Of a stretch of DNA of 64,000 nucleotides, positions 41,968 through 56,239 are shown in pieces. The notes beneath the pieces are model-generated. The model was not told the origin of the DNA. It did not search any database and saw only the letters and a program-made list of their open reading frames with translations. The stretch comes from Octopus vulgaris. Its lineage: Eukaryota. Location: assembly GCA_951406725.2 (NCBI GenBank), contig OX597828.1, positions 22,134,001 to 22,198,000 of the forward strand. Reading direction: 5' to 3'. Both the position numbers and the translations under genes were made by a program. Position 1 is the stretch's first letter. Each line of letters starts with the position of its first letter.

Positions 41968-42150
41968 TATATACAAATATATGAAGACGCCACGCTGATT
42001 CTATATTAGGATATATATATATATATATATTATATACACAAATATATATATATATATGTATACATATAAATGTATATTTGCATATGTGTATATGTATATA
42101 TATGTATGTGTATATACATATATGCATGTATATAGGTATATATATATGTG

Positions 42151-42195
<45 letters not shown>

Positions 42196-42460
42196 GTATA
42201 TATATATATTTATATATATGTGTGTATGTATCTATAGTGGGCTGACACTCCTGTTACCACGAGGGGAGTTACAGTTAATCTGATTGACAAAACTGACCGT
42301 TTGAAATAGGGGTATTCATAATTTTTGCCTGGGGAGTGTACTGGAGCAACGTGAAATAAAGTGTCTTGCTCAAGGACGCAACACGCCGTCGGCTATTGAA
42401 CTCACAACGTAACGTTGGTGTGATGAGTATTTTAACATCTTAACTACTTAGACACAGCCC

Positions 42461-42510
<50 letters not shown>

Positions 42511-42969
42511 CATTAATTAAAATCTTAGGGTAGCAAGAATATTCATCGAAAAATTCTTAGTTACCAGTTGTCTAGCGAGAAAGAAAAAATTAGTTAATAG
42601 ACTATGTATTATTCAGAGAAGAATACAGTGTACGTTCAAACACAAAAGAGATACCCGAAGAATATGATATCTGACACATTAGAAAGAGCAGTTAAAACTC
42701 CAAGCCACCAATTGTTGCAATTCCGAAAGTGATTTGAAAATAAAAACATTTACCTTAATCCTAGACACTACAAGTTTTCTGCAGACTTAAATAAGATAAT
42801 TTCTGTCTATATCTGGCGCTGCGTCCTCAGTAGGTTGCCAAGACTGAATCAAAGACATGGAGCTATCAGTAATCAGCCACGTGTCTATAGATTCGAATTT
42901 TTCGAATTTACCGCGCAGATGCGGAACTAGCGAGTCAGATATCCTATTCTTCAGGTATATATATATATA

Positions 42970-44566
42970 CATTTGCGGCATTGTTTTCGTCAGAAAAGTA
43001 GGTATAAGTTTTTATCAAAGTTGTTTTATATTCTATAATGTTCACAGACAATAAACACAATATTAATTGTTATTGTCTGAGATTTTAGTGTAATTTGAGA
43101 GGATAATACAAAAGTTATGGATGATTTAGTGATATACTGCAAGACCCATGGCGGCCAAAATGATCAAAACGGTTGAAAAAATAACAAAATAATAAAATAT
43201 GACAGAGAATACTGGAATTATTTAATATTTAGTGAGAAGCCCTTTAGCTTCAATCACACTCTGACATCTTCGACTGCATGACGAAATTAAATTTTCAATT
43301 TCTTGCTGGGTGATCTTATTCCATTCTTCCTGAAGGGCATTCCATAATTGTTCAGTTGTTTTAGGGTTTCTGGCTTTCGAACGTTCTCCTAGAATATTCC
43401 ACACATTTTCAATAGGATTGAGATCTGGGCTTTGAGCTGGCCAATCCATAACAATAACCTTTTCAGCCTTGAAGAAGTTCATGACCACCTTAGCCTTGTG
43501 ATATGGAGCATTGTCCTGTATGAATATGGGTGGTCGTTTAGTTGAATTTCTCAGCACAGGCAAGACATGATCTTTTACAAGTTATTTATAAAGTCCTGCA
43601 TTTAACTTTCCATGTAATCGCACCAAAGGGCCCACACCATCTCCAGATATCATTCTCTAAACTATGACACTTCCTCCACCAAATTTAACACTAGTCTTAA
43701 GGCATTTAGACAACAATTTTTCACCTACTTTTCTACGAACTTACCTTTTCCCATCTGAGCCAAATAGCATAAACTTAGATTCATCACTGAAATGCACCGT
43801 TTGCCATTTTTCTTGAGACCTCAACACATGTTCGATTGCAAAAGTAAGACGACACTTTTTATTCTTGGAGCTGATCAGTGGCTTCACTTGCTTTTAGGTC
43901 ATGTTCAACTAAACGACGAGACGCAGTCTGTCGAGATAAAGTTTTCTTCAATACAATGCTCATTTTCCGAGAAACAGCAGCAGCAGTTTTAAATCTGTCC
44001 TTTTTCACCAACTTTACCATAGCACGATCTTCTCTCTTGGTCGTTTTTCTTGGCCTACCTGTAAACTTTCTTGCTTCACACGAACCAAAATCATCGTAGA
44101 CCTTAAGAATACCGTGTACAGCACTTTTTGACTTGTTAACAATTTTTGCAATAGATCCAATACTTAAATTATCCTTCCTTCGAAGCTTAATAACCTGCTG
44201 ACGAATTGGTAACGGAGTAAGTGGCATTATATTAACAAAGTACACTGCAAATATTCTTACTAATGTTTAGTAAACGAAGCGTCACGTAAACAAATTCAAA
44301 ACATTAGAGTTCGCCGGTTAAATATACTAAAACACTGAGCAAAAGCAATCGTTCTGATCACTTTGGCCGCCATGGGTTTTGCAGTAAATCACTAAATCAT
44401 CCATAACTTTTGTATTATCCTCTCAAATTACACCAAAAGCTCAGGCAATAACGAATAATTTCGTATGTATTGTCTGTGAAAATTATAGAATATAAAACAA
44501 CTTTGATAAAAAATTATATCTACTTTTCTGACGAAAACAATGCCGTTCTTAACATTTTGGCCGCAA

Positions 44567-44569
<3 letters not shown>
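42970..44569 (-). mobile_element. Full-length Tc1-family transposon with long IR/DR termini
   Basis: ~200-220-bp TIRs (42970-43172 / 44350-44569); end CAGTTGCGGCC; TA on both sides; 1600 bp. Confidence 0.95.
43222..44227 (-). pseudogene. Tc1 DD34E transposase, disrupted
   Basis: GRPRKTT, FSDESKF, FIQDNAPYH, WPAQSPDLNPIENVW; 34 residues between the second D and E; frameshifts and stops in the middle. Confidence 0.95.
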
Positions 44570-44633
<64 letters not shown>

Positions 44634-44767
44634 AAAGTTTTTTTGGTAAAGCACGTGGGTGAATATATAAGAAAATAGTAAAGTGTGAAAAAACGACAGA
44701 AGGCTTAAATATTAAAAAATATATATATTTGTGTCAAAATGTCTGGAGAATATTGGAAAAATTTTTA

Positions 44768-44807
44768 AAGAAATTACCGGTTTCGCGTGTAGCTTTTCAA
44801 ATTTCTT
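44768..44807 (-). ncRNA. Hammerhead variant (U3:A8) in the inverted pLTR
   Basis: Reverse complement of 45191-45230; repeated at 45497-45536. Confidence 0.7.
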
Positions 44808-45190
44808 GTGACGTTATGTTTATGATACCTTTTAGTGAGCACATTTAGTGAGCACGTTAATATACCTTTTAGTGAGCACATTGAGAAATGCGCAAAGCAA
44901 CTACTGCCACAATTTTTAATCTTCCCATTTTACCAATGTGCTTTCGGATCATCAACACAAATGAGACTGAACAAGGAAACATTCTTCATTGAAAAGTACA
45001 GACCCAGACTCAACCATCCGAACATACTGACACAGAGAAATTAACAAGGAAAAGGGAAAAAAAAAAAAAAAAAATTTTTAAGCGATTATCTCCCTTACAC
45101 CGGAAGAAATCACTCACTACCTCCCCTTATTTAGAAATCTCCTGGAAATAAAAACAACGATAACTCCATGCAATATAAACATAACGTCAC

Positions 45191-45230
45191 AAGAAATTTG
45201 AAAAGCTACACGCGAAACCGGTAATTTCTT
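45191..45230 (+). ncRNA. Minimal type I hammerhead variant with U3:A8 core
   Basis: AAGAAAU-UUGAAAA-GC-UACAC-GC-GAAAC-CG-GUA-AUUUCUU; 7-bp stem I, palindromic stem III ACCGGU. Confidence 0.72.
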
Positions 45231-45361
45231 TAAAAATTTTAAAATTATGTCATTTTAAGGAAAGGAAAAAAATTTTTCCAATATTCTCCAGACATTTTGA
45301 CACAAATATATATATTTTTTAACATTTAAGCCTTCTGTCGTTTTTTCACTCTTTTATTTTC

Positions 45362-45412
<51 letters not shown>

Positions 45413-45424
45413 TATATATACATT

Positions 45425-45460
<36 letters not shown>

Positions 45461-46082
45461 TGTCAAAATGTCTGGAGAATATTGGAAAAATTTTTAAAGA
45501 AATTACCGGTTTCGCGTGTAGCTTTTCAAATTTCTTGTGACGTTATGTTTATGATACCTTTTAGTGAGCACATTTAGTGAGCACGTTAATATACCTTTTA
45601 GTGAGCACATTGAGAAATGCGCAAAGCAACTACTGCCACAATTTTTAATCTTCCCATTTTACCAATGTGCTTTCGGATCATCAACACAAATGAGACTGAA
45701 CAAGGAAACATTCTTCATTGAAAAGTACAGACCCAGACTCAACCATCCGAACATACTGACACAGAGAAATTAACAAGGAAAAGGGAAAAAAAAAAAAAAA
45801 AAAATTTTTAAGCGATTATCTCCCTTACACCGGAAGAAATCACTCACTACCTCCCCTTATTTAGAAATCTCCGAGTGCGACGATAAAAACAACGATAATT
45901 GCCATGCAATATAGGAACATAACGTCACAAGAATATTTGAAAAGTACACGCGAAACTTGGCTAATTTCTTAAAAACTAAAATTATGTCATTTTAAGGAAA
46001 GGAAAAAAATTTTTCCAATATTCTCCAGACATTTTGGCAAATATATATATTTTTTAACATTTAATCAGTCGTTTTTTCACCA
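45461..46082 (+). repeat. Tandem duplicate of 44732-45350
   Basis: Essentially identical up to ~45870, then many small indels. Confidence 0.9.
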
Positions 46083-46170
46083 TTAAACGGTATATGATAT
46101 ACGGTATATCGTATATATATATATTATAGGGTAAATGTATATATATCATATTATATATACATTTGTATAT

Positions 46171-46210
<40 letters not shown>

Positions 46211-46306
46211 TATATATATATATATATGGCATGTTATTATGTAGTGCATGATATGCCTATTACACACGCACACACATATACATATATATGTATAGATATC
46301 AATATT

Positions 46307-46337
<31 letters not shown>

Positions 46338-46633
46338 GGAACATAAGGTATTGGACAACTTGCTTGAAATTTGATAATAAAAACAAAGTATATGAACGTT
46401 TCGGAAAATAGCCACATATCAAATGATGGAAAACGAGAAGTATAGAAACATTGAATAATGGAGATATTTAGTGGTGTCCTATAATGGAGTCAGGAATACG
46501 CGTGTGTGTATGTGTGTGCATGTGTGTGCACGCTCACGCGTGTCTTAGGGTGTGTGTGTGCGTGTGAGCGTGTACATACACTCGAATACGTACTAACATA
46601 AATACGTATCGACACACCAAATATATATACATA

Positions 46634-46705
<72 letters not shown>

Positions 46706-47100
46706 ATCACACGCACACACAAGGAAGGACACGTGTGAGACTGAAGACCAATTTCAATGTATAAGAGGATTCAAGCGTAACTCCCTATACTTAGAAATTC
46801 TAACAAAAAATACAAGGCAGAAACATACGCCATAACATAACATACTTGCCATATCTGCAACCACTCAACGACCTTGAGGCTAATTTACGAATCAATATTT
46901 ACTTGACGCATGACAAAAATCAGCCCACACTTCTTTTTTCTTCTATAAAATTCAGTTAACTTGAGCCGCATTTATATTATATTTATTTATAATAGAATTT
47001 ATTTTACAATAGTTTTGCATATATGAATACAGACAAAAAAGCTTCTTTCACGCATGTATGTATGTATGTATGTATGTATGTATGTATGTATGTATGTATG

Positions 47101-47155
<55 letters not shown>

Positions 47156-47343
47156 ATATATATATATATATCCAACTAGCTAGCTATATTTTTGTCTGTT
47201 TGTCTCTATGTCTGTCTATCTGTGTATGTATTCATCTACGTCTATAGGTGTATATTCAGATATTTATTTGAGATTTTGTTTATACATATATATAAATATA
47301 CATACATACACACACACACACACACATATATATACACACATAA

Positions 47344-47383
<40 letters not shown>

Positions 47384-47969
47384 CTATCTATCTTCTTATA
47401 CATGTAATTATCTATGATTACGTCTCGCTCTCTTTCTCTTTTTCTCTCCCTATGTATATATATACACATATATAAATATGCAACTGATCATATATATATA
47501 TATATATACTGTTATGTATACTTACAATTAAATATGTACGTAAATATGTGTACATATTTATATATATACGTACATATATATATGTATACGTATATATATA
47601 CATATATAAGCAATGTATATATATGGATAGTATTACGTTCATACCTGCACATACACACGCGCACATATATTATGTATATGCACACATATCTATGTACATA
47701 TATGTCGATATGCACATATGCTTATGTGCACATGTTTGCATTAAGAATCTCTAGGGCCCTAGACAAAATTATCTCGAAAGCAAAATAGAATACGCAGAGA
47801 ATGGTAAAGCGCACAGCACATATGATGCCAGTCTTTTCAAATTTAACAAACCAAGAACTACACAATATCCATATAGTGCGATTTATTCTCAACAATTGAT
47901 TCTTAGAAACTCTCACTCTTATGCACACATAAACGAATACATTCACACACATATACATACATATACATA

Positions 47970-48062
<93 letters not shown>

Positions 48063-48075
48063 TATATATGTATGT

Positions 48076-48209
<134 letters not shown>

Positions 48210-48558
48210 TGCAAGTCTGGAAGGAGAAAGCTGTTATCTATTCAGGTTTTTCAAAATGACATCTTTTAATAAATTGTATTATCTACCATTCAGCTTATGC
48301 GATATGGTATTCAATTGACATTACACACCCACACACATCCACACATACACACACACGCACGCACATACACACACATACACACACATATATAGGCGTACTT
48401 TGTGTGTGTCTGTGTACAGTGAAATATGTACATGAATAATTATGTATATATAACTATACACATGATACGTACATGCGCGCATACATATTACATATATATG
48501 TATATACATACATATATGTGTTTGTGTCAGATTATGTTCATACGTGGATATATGTGTG

Positions 48559-48613
<55 letters not shown>

Positions 48614-49327
48614 GATTATACACATATATATATAAGTTTACATAAACATGCATACAAGACAGCCATATATCAATGTCCGTATATATGTATATCTAGACGT
48701 TGGTATTTATAAAAGTACACCTGTATTACAAAATATATGTAGCTTTAATGCATGTAAATATATAGCCGAAATTCATACAACACTTTTACAGACACATAAA
48801 TGCACACACACACACACACACACACACAGATACACATAGAAACCCACAAAAACACTCACATATGTATGTATAAGTTTACAGACAAACACACATTCAAATA
48901 CGTTGAGAGAGTTAGAGAGTAAAGTCGATAGCTAAGGATGTATGCAGGTTAAGTATGTATGTATGTTTGTATGTATGTATTGTAATTATATATACAAGTA
49001 TATATAAACAAATGTATATGTGTATATCGACAAATATTTGCCGTAATGTTTTCATTATCTGTAATTTAATATAGAATTCTTTTGAGTTCTTCGTTATTTT
49101 ATTTTTTTATCAGAAAGTAAGTTAGTTTTGTCCACAAACATTTCAAGAACGGAATATATTAGAAAAAAAAATTCTGTTATTGGAGTTAGCTTTTTATATT
49201 GCGAATCATAAAAGAAGTTTATATTGCTCCGAGTTAAACACACACGCACACACACACACACACCATAACACTCATGTATATATATATATTTAATATTTAT
49301 ATGTTTATCTATATATTTCCACACACT

Positions 49328-49515
49328 TTAGACGCAACCGACGTAGATGCATGTAATTTGAACATACATACGAATAGCACATAAGCAGACCGAACTACAC
49401 TCTAACCCATCTTCTTCATGTCTAGACGCAACCGACGTAGATGCATGTAAATTTGAACATACATACGAATAGCACATAAGCAGACCGAACTACACTCTAA
49501 CCCATCTTCTTCATG
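49328..49515. repeat. ~94-bp tandem duplication
   Basis: TAGACGCAACCGACG...CCCATCTTCTTCATGT occurs twice. Confidence 0.92.
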
Positions 49516-49547
49516 TATATATATATATATATACATACATACATACG

Positions 49548-49589
<42 letters not shown>

Positions 49590-49872
49590 TATATAAAACA
49601 TATATATCATATATATATATAATATATTGTACATATGTTTATATAAATATATTGTATAAAACTTAAGTGTAAATAAACATGAAATTATATATATGTATAT
49701 ACACATATATAAACATATATACATATATATACACAGATATATATGTGTGTGTATACATATATATAAAACTGTATATATATATGTACATATATATATATAT
49801 ATATATATACAAATAAACATCCATATACACATACTTTAATGTTCGTACATATATAAATTAACATATTCCTGT

Positions 49873-49911
<39 letters not shown>

Positions 49912-50412
49912 GTATATACATATGCGTGTGCGTGTATGTATACAATAAATATATTATATATATATTGTATATATTGCGTACATATATACTGCATGCATAT
50001 ATATACATATATGTGTGTGTGTGTACATGTGCGTACGTGTGTGTATATGTGAGTACATCTAGATATAGATATATATACTTGTAATGACACGTTGTAAATC
50101 ACTTTACATACAGCGATCAATTTCTCTTGAAATTTTTTGTAAACATGTACAGTATAAGGCTAAGTATATATATATATATCGCTCAGAGTTTTATTATATA
50201 TATATAGGTAAGAAATTGTATATACACGGGTGTTTACATGTGTATGAATGAGACACATATATTACATGTATTACACATACATACAGCCTCAGTAGCATAC
50301 AGGACTACACACGTAGTGTAGAGAGTAAACGTACATATATATCGTATGAATATATCTCTTGGCTTGGGTCAAGCCTATTAACTTACTACCAGTGAATGAA
50401 TATTATATATGA

Positions 50413-50722
50413 ATTGAAGCATCAATTCTCATATGTAGATGTCTAGTGTAGATGTATATCTAAGAATATTGCGCTTTTGTCAGCTCTAAAACATATTGAC
50501 TAATACATTCAAAGTAAACACGGGCTACGCTTGCAGCTCTGAGCTTATTTGTCGCTACTACGATTGAAATAGCTACGTGGTAAATACATAGTAACAAACA
50601 CACACACACACACACACACACTCATACACACACACATATACATGCATAGTGTGTGTGTATATATATCGAAATATATATATATGCATACACAAACAGACAT
50701 AATATGTATCAAGTTTTACATG

Positions 50723-50762
<40 letters not shown>

Positions 50763-50801
50763 CATGTGTGTGTGTATATTTAGAGAAATATAAAAGCGTA
50801 T

Positions 50802-50849
<48 letters not shown>

Positions 50850-51220
50850 TTGCATATATGTTCTTATCTTCGCTCTGTATGCTCACATCTCTTGAATATC
50901 AATGCTGCCATTGAAGCATCAATTCTCATATGTAGATGTCTAGTGTAGATGTATATCTAAGAATATTGCGCTTTTGTCAGCTCTAAAACATATTGACTAA
51001 TACATTCAAAGTAAACACGGGCTACGCTTGCAGCTCTGAGCTTATTTGTCGCTACTACGATTAAAATAGCTACGTGGTAAATACATAGTAACAAACACAC
51101 ACACACACACACACACTCATACACACACACATATACATGCATATGTGTGTGTGTGTATATATATCGAAATATATATATATGCATACACAAACAGACATAA
51201 TATGTATCAAGTTTTACATG

Positions 51221-51263
<43 letters not shown>

Positions 51264-51316
51264 CATGTGTGTGTGTATATTTAGAGAAATATAAAAGCGT
51301 ATATGTGTGTGTGTGT

Positions 51317-51350
<34 letters not shown>

Positions 51351-51411
51351 TTGCATATATGTTCTTATCTTCGCTCTGTATGCTCACATCTCTTGAATAT
51401 CAATGCTGCCA
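50413..51411. repeat. ~500-bp tandem duplication
   Basis: ATTGAAGCATCAATTC...CAATGCTGCCA occurs twice; differences are mainly in microsatellite lengths. Confidence 0.93.
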
Positions 51412-51944
51412 GCGTTTTGTAGAGGTTAAACTCAAGCAAATATCAACTGCGATAATCCCTACATCATTATCTCCCTCTGTACTCATTTAATTATCACTTT
51501 ACATCTTTCAGTTATTTCTAGCTGCCGCAATTTTGCTTGGCATCTCACACGCATGCATTCTATCATATATTTGACATCAGTGAATGGTTATCCATCTACG
51601 GTTGAGTAAAGGCTAAGATATTGCATGAAACCATTAGTATCACAGTCAAACAAACTATTCAGTTATTATATGGAACCTATTGCGCTGAGGTATTTTCTTC
51701 TATATCCTTTATATACATGTTACCAGTTTCCCTAAAATACCTGTTCATCTACCAAATAAGACACTTTGATCCTATAAGATAATACGTTTGTTCGCATTTT
51801 GGAATATATTTGTAGAAGCATCGAAAACACTGTAAATGAGACGTGTAAGGCTGTACTTGGAAGTGAGTACAGTTATATATGACTGTATTTTCAGAAGCAT
51901 TCAACAGTCGGGAAAAATCTGAGCAATATGTTTTTCTGACTGAT

Positions 51945-52125
51945 CGGCGAGGTGGCAGAACCGTTAGAACTCGGAACTAATTAGCAGCATTTCGTTAGTC
52001 TTATCGTTCTAAATTCAAACTCCACCGATGTCGTCTCTAATCGATAAAATCTGTACCATTTTAGCACTGGGGTCGAGGTAATAGTCTCTGCCCCGAACAT
52101 GTGGGCCTTGTGCTAGAATTTGAGT
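51945..52125 (+). mobile_element. tRNA-derived SINE family D, diverged
   Basis: GGCGAGGTGGCAGAACCGTTAG head, CTGGGGTCGA, GGCCTTGTGC tail; related + copies at ~52860-53005, 53030-53220, 58205-58410, 59165-59350. Confidence 0.72.
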
Positions 52126-52295
52126 CCGATATTTCTTGTGAATGTGTATTACTTAATAATCAGTTCGGCTAAGGTTGGCTCTGTCATTTTTTCCAACCGG
52201 GTGCAATATTGCAATATCAGTAAAGTAATGGTTCGACCAGCTGGGGGATAAACAGGAATAAAGTTGGTTGTGGGAAACTCCGTAGAAGCCCACGC

Positions 52296-52369
<74 letters not shown>

Positions 52370-52381
52370 CATGTATGTATG

Positions 52382-52432
<51 letters not shown>

Positions 52433-52440
52433 GTATATAT

Positions 52441-52729
52441 ATAAATTTATATAATTTAGGATAAGATCGTTATTTAAATACCGATCTTATCAAGTGGCCA
52501 GCATGGAAATAAAAACCTTCAAAGGTAATAATTATTATTAAAATTATAATTTAGGGTAGCTAAGAGATACCACCACGCAGGAAATATAGCAGCCAAGACT
52601 TGACTCTAAAACCACATTCAATGTTCATACAGCACTAGGAGAGAAGACAGAGAGACAAAATAAACTAGCAAAAAATTATTTGCTAGTTTATATAGCTAGT
52701 TTAAATAGTTGGATATCCTAAATTATAAG

Positions 52730-52736
<7 letters not shown>
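52441..52736. mobile_element. Short insertion in (TA)n with inverted ends
   Basis: TATAATTTAGGATA ... TATCCTAAATTATA; internal TAGGGTAGCTAAGAGATA resembles 42526. Confidence 0.55.
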
Positions 52737-52782
<46 letters not shown>

Positions 52783-53347
52783 TGTGTGTGTGTTTATTAG
52801 CACGAAATTTCTTATTCACCAAACCCACCAATTATTAATTGTTGATAATTTCTCAAGTTTCATTACGTTTCAAGTTCAATTCCACCAAAGATAACTTCAC
52901 ATTTCATCCTTTCGGGGTCGATAAAATGCAGTACCAGTCATATACTGTTGTCGATGCGACTGACTTGCTGCTCTAAAATGGCTATCCTTGTAGCAAAATT
53001 AGAAAGGATATTAATGTCATGACCAGGGAAGCGAGATGACAGAATCGTTCTTTAGTGGCATGTTCTCCAGTTTATTACTTTATAATTTCAGATACCACCA
53101 AGTTCGAGTTTGTCTTCATCTTTATGCGGTCGGTGAAATAAAGTCAAGCACTGCAGTAGTTTTAGATGACAATCCCCCTAAACATCTTATTTCAAAATCG
53201 TTGACTTTATGGCAAAATCTTCTGAATTTATGACTCTGCATCAAATATAGACGCTGCTCCTCTGTCCTTGACTAATAACGCTTATAATGTACCCATGTCA
53301 TGTAGTCATTTGTAAATATTTAATTGGCCAAGAAGTTATAATATTAC

Positions 53348-53385
<38 letters not shown>

Positions 53386-53413
53386 ATAGAGGTATATGAA
53401 CGTATCTATCTCT

Positions 53414-53576
<163 letters not shown>

Positions 53577-54149
53577 CATGCATACACACACACACATACG
53601 CAAACACTGAAGTATTGATGAGTGCCAAATAGTCATCAAGTGTGAGGCACTGAATTGCAACCACAGCCACTTAAACACGCCGTCACGCTTAACAAGCATG
53701 ACCAGCCATTAAAGAATTCGAGACATTTTACCATGGATCTCATTCGAAATTATACCCTTATCTTCCTCCTTTTATTTATTCTTCATATTGTATTGTTTTT
53801 GTGAACAACTTCCTTTCTGTATAAACCATGCCACAAGCAATTTTCATTCATCATCAATATATTTGAATCACGGCAACTGCCAACATCATCTAGCTAAGCC
53901 TATAGCGAAATGTCATTTATGTAGCTAGGGTTCCGATTATGTGGCCTGATATAGCATTTCTGCACCTTGGGGTGCATTGGAATCCATAATACCGTTCCCC
54001 ACCCACCCGAGTAGTAATGTTTGGCATACAGGGCTTCGTATATTTTACCCAGTGTCACTTTGTTGGCATGCACTGCTCTCTCACTCAATAATAGTAATAA
54101 TACTTCCTTGTACTATAGGCAGGGAGGGGCTATTCGCTTACACCAACTA

Positions 54150-54272
54150 CGTACTTAATTTATCGACCCAGAAAGGATGAAAGGCAAAGTCGAGCTCGGC
54201 GGAATTTGAACTCAGAAAGCAGCGACGGACGAAACACGGCTAAGTATTTTGCACGGCGCACTAACTATTCTC
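54150..54272 (-). mobile_element. SINE family D, minus strand
   Basis: GTACTTAATTTATCGACCC..GAAAGGATGAAAGGCAAAGTCGA.CTCGGCGGAATTTGAACTCAGAA; related - copies at ~54645-54758, 58650-58845, 58860-59070. Confidence 0.8.
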
Positions 54273-54371
54273 ATGATGATGACGATGATGAGGACGAATC
54301 TTGATGATGATGATGATGATCATGATGATGATGATGATGTTGATGATGATGTTGATGATGATAATAATAAG

Positions 54372-54530
54372 AGAAAACTAAAGTTTGTGCCTGTAATATT
54401 TGGTGCATTGGGAACTGTATCTAAAGAGATAAAGAAATGGTTGAAGTAGATTTGAATAGAATGTTTTGTAGAGCTTCTACAGAAAGTTTGCCCCTTTGGG
54501 ACAGGAAAGATTATCAAGAAGGTTTGAAAG
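54372..54530 (+). pseudogene. 3' fragment of an RLE-type non-LTR retrotransposon (R4/Dong-like)
   Basis: KFVPVIFGALGTVSKEIKKWL...VELLQKVCPFGTGKIIKKV matches the VPxVxGALG...LQKxxLLGTxxIxR C-terminus. Confidence 0.7.
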
Positions 54531-54982
54531 TCTATTCACAGATTCGTAGATACGTAAGGTCGCATGTAGTAACCTGCTACACACATAAATTCTTCCAGGA
54601 ATAAAAACGAACCTGACTCAATTCAGCAATCGTAATGTCTACAATAGGTAGGTTTGAAATTTTGTGGAGAGGGAACCAGTCGATTATATCGACCCCAGTG
54701 CGTAACTGGTATTTAATTTACCGCACCCGAAATAATGAAAGGCAAAGTCGACTCCGAATAATAATCGAAGTTACTCATTCTAAAATCTGTATAAGAGATG
54801 CAAATATTAACAATACTGAAAAGCAGTGCTTGTTGCTACGTCAAGTAGCCATGTTGAAGTGGCAACAAGAATTACTTTTCAATAATGAAAATAATAATAA
54901 CAACAATAATAAATAAATAATAATAATGATAGTAATAGTAATAGCAAAAACAACAATGATGATGATCATCATATAGCTAATC

Positions 54983-55025
<43 letters not shown>

Positions 55026-55029
55026 TAAA

Positions 55030-55435
55030 ATCATAAAATTGCTTTGTAATTGGTGTATCAATACCAACAGATGACAATGTTTCTTTAAAAGAAATGTTTC
55101 TTTAAAAGAAAGAAACTTTCAAAATACAAAGACCTGGAAATAAAAGTAACTCGAATGTGGAGTCTAAAATCTGAAAGACTTCCTATCATAGTATGCGTAT
55201 TAGGTATGATAAATATTCATACAAATACATAACAAAAACACCAGGACTTACAAATATATATGACATAAAGAAAATAGCACTACTAGGCACCGCACACATC
55301 CTACGTAAAACACTTTCAATACAGTAAAAATAAGAGCATGACAACAAACTACAGCCCACACCCAAGGCACACAGAGCTGCGCTCGGTAGTGCAGTGAAAG
55401 CGCGTTATAAAAAGAAGGCTACTAAATAATAATAA
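55030..55435 (+). mobile_element. 5'-truncated R4/Dong-like retrotransposon in (TAA)n
   Basis: CFVIGVSIPTDDNVSLKE..KLSKYKDLEIKVTRMW..PIIVCVLG..IKKIALLGTAHILRKTL*; short 3' UTR; TAA repeats on both sides. Confidence 0.85.
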
Positions 55436-55440
55436 TAATT

Positions 55441-55512
<72 letters not shown>

Positions 55513-55554
55513 ATTATAAAAATAATAATACTAACAATAATAAAATGATAATAT

Positions 55555-56081
55555 ACCAGGCAGTGGCTCTTATGGCTTCTGATCTTAACTGATTGGAAGT
55601 GTTATCATGTAAATTGTTTTGTCTTGGTATAAAAGATGGGCTACAGCAAATATTCTGCTCAATACGACAGATTTGCTTGTCAGTTGTTTGACCTTAACCA
55701 GTTGAGCATGTCCCTTAGTGGCTGACGATATGTGCATCCCTGATCACGAGCAGAAGTAGTGGGGGAGCATCATAGCCATGTGTTGAGAAGGATTCTTTGG
55801 GGTTTGAATAATTCACCTCTGGAAACATGGGTGTTTCGTTCAACGTCCTTAAACAACCCTTATTCAGGGACCTTTTCAGCGGGATGGGTTACTCGATCTG
55901 AAGAAAATTCTAACTGGGCTCCACCTGCAAGGTCATGTGCTGTTTATCTTGATATGAGATCACTATGTCGCGCACATATGGTTGTGATGCATGTGCCTGG
56001 TGTACCCTTATCAGACGGGTAGTCATGATGGGTATACTGGGCATGCTCTGGGCTTTGATGGCATGCTCTGCTCGCTCACTC

Positions 56082-56082
<1 letters not shown>
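55555..56082 (+). mobile_element. Interspersed repeat with (AAT)n tail, class uncertain
   Basis: Bounded by TAA arrays; 3' end TTG.TGGCATGC..TGCTC.CTCACTCAATAAT is shared with ~54058-54095. Confidence 0.55.
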
Positions 56083-56131
<49 letters not shown>

Positions 56132-56174
56132 TAGAAATAATAATAATAATATCAACAACAACAACAACAACAAC

Positions 56175-56239
<65 letters not shown>

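Larger units (their letters stand above)
44665..45368 (+). mobile_element. 5'-truncated PLE: inverted pLTR + GIY-YIG C-terminus + pLTR
   Basis: ORF 44835-45044, SEHIEKCAK..FLIFPFYQ...KETFFIEKYRPRLN, is homologous to 34345-34635; 44665-44823 is the reverse complement of 45174-45368; (TA)n on both sides. Confidence 0.88.
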
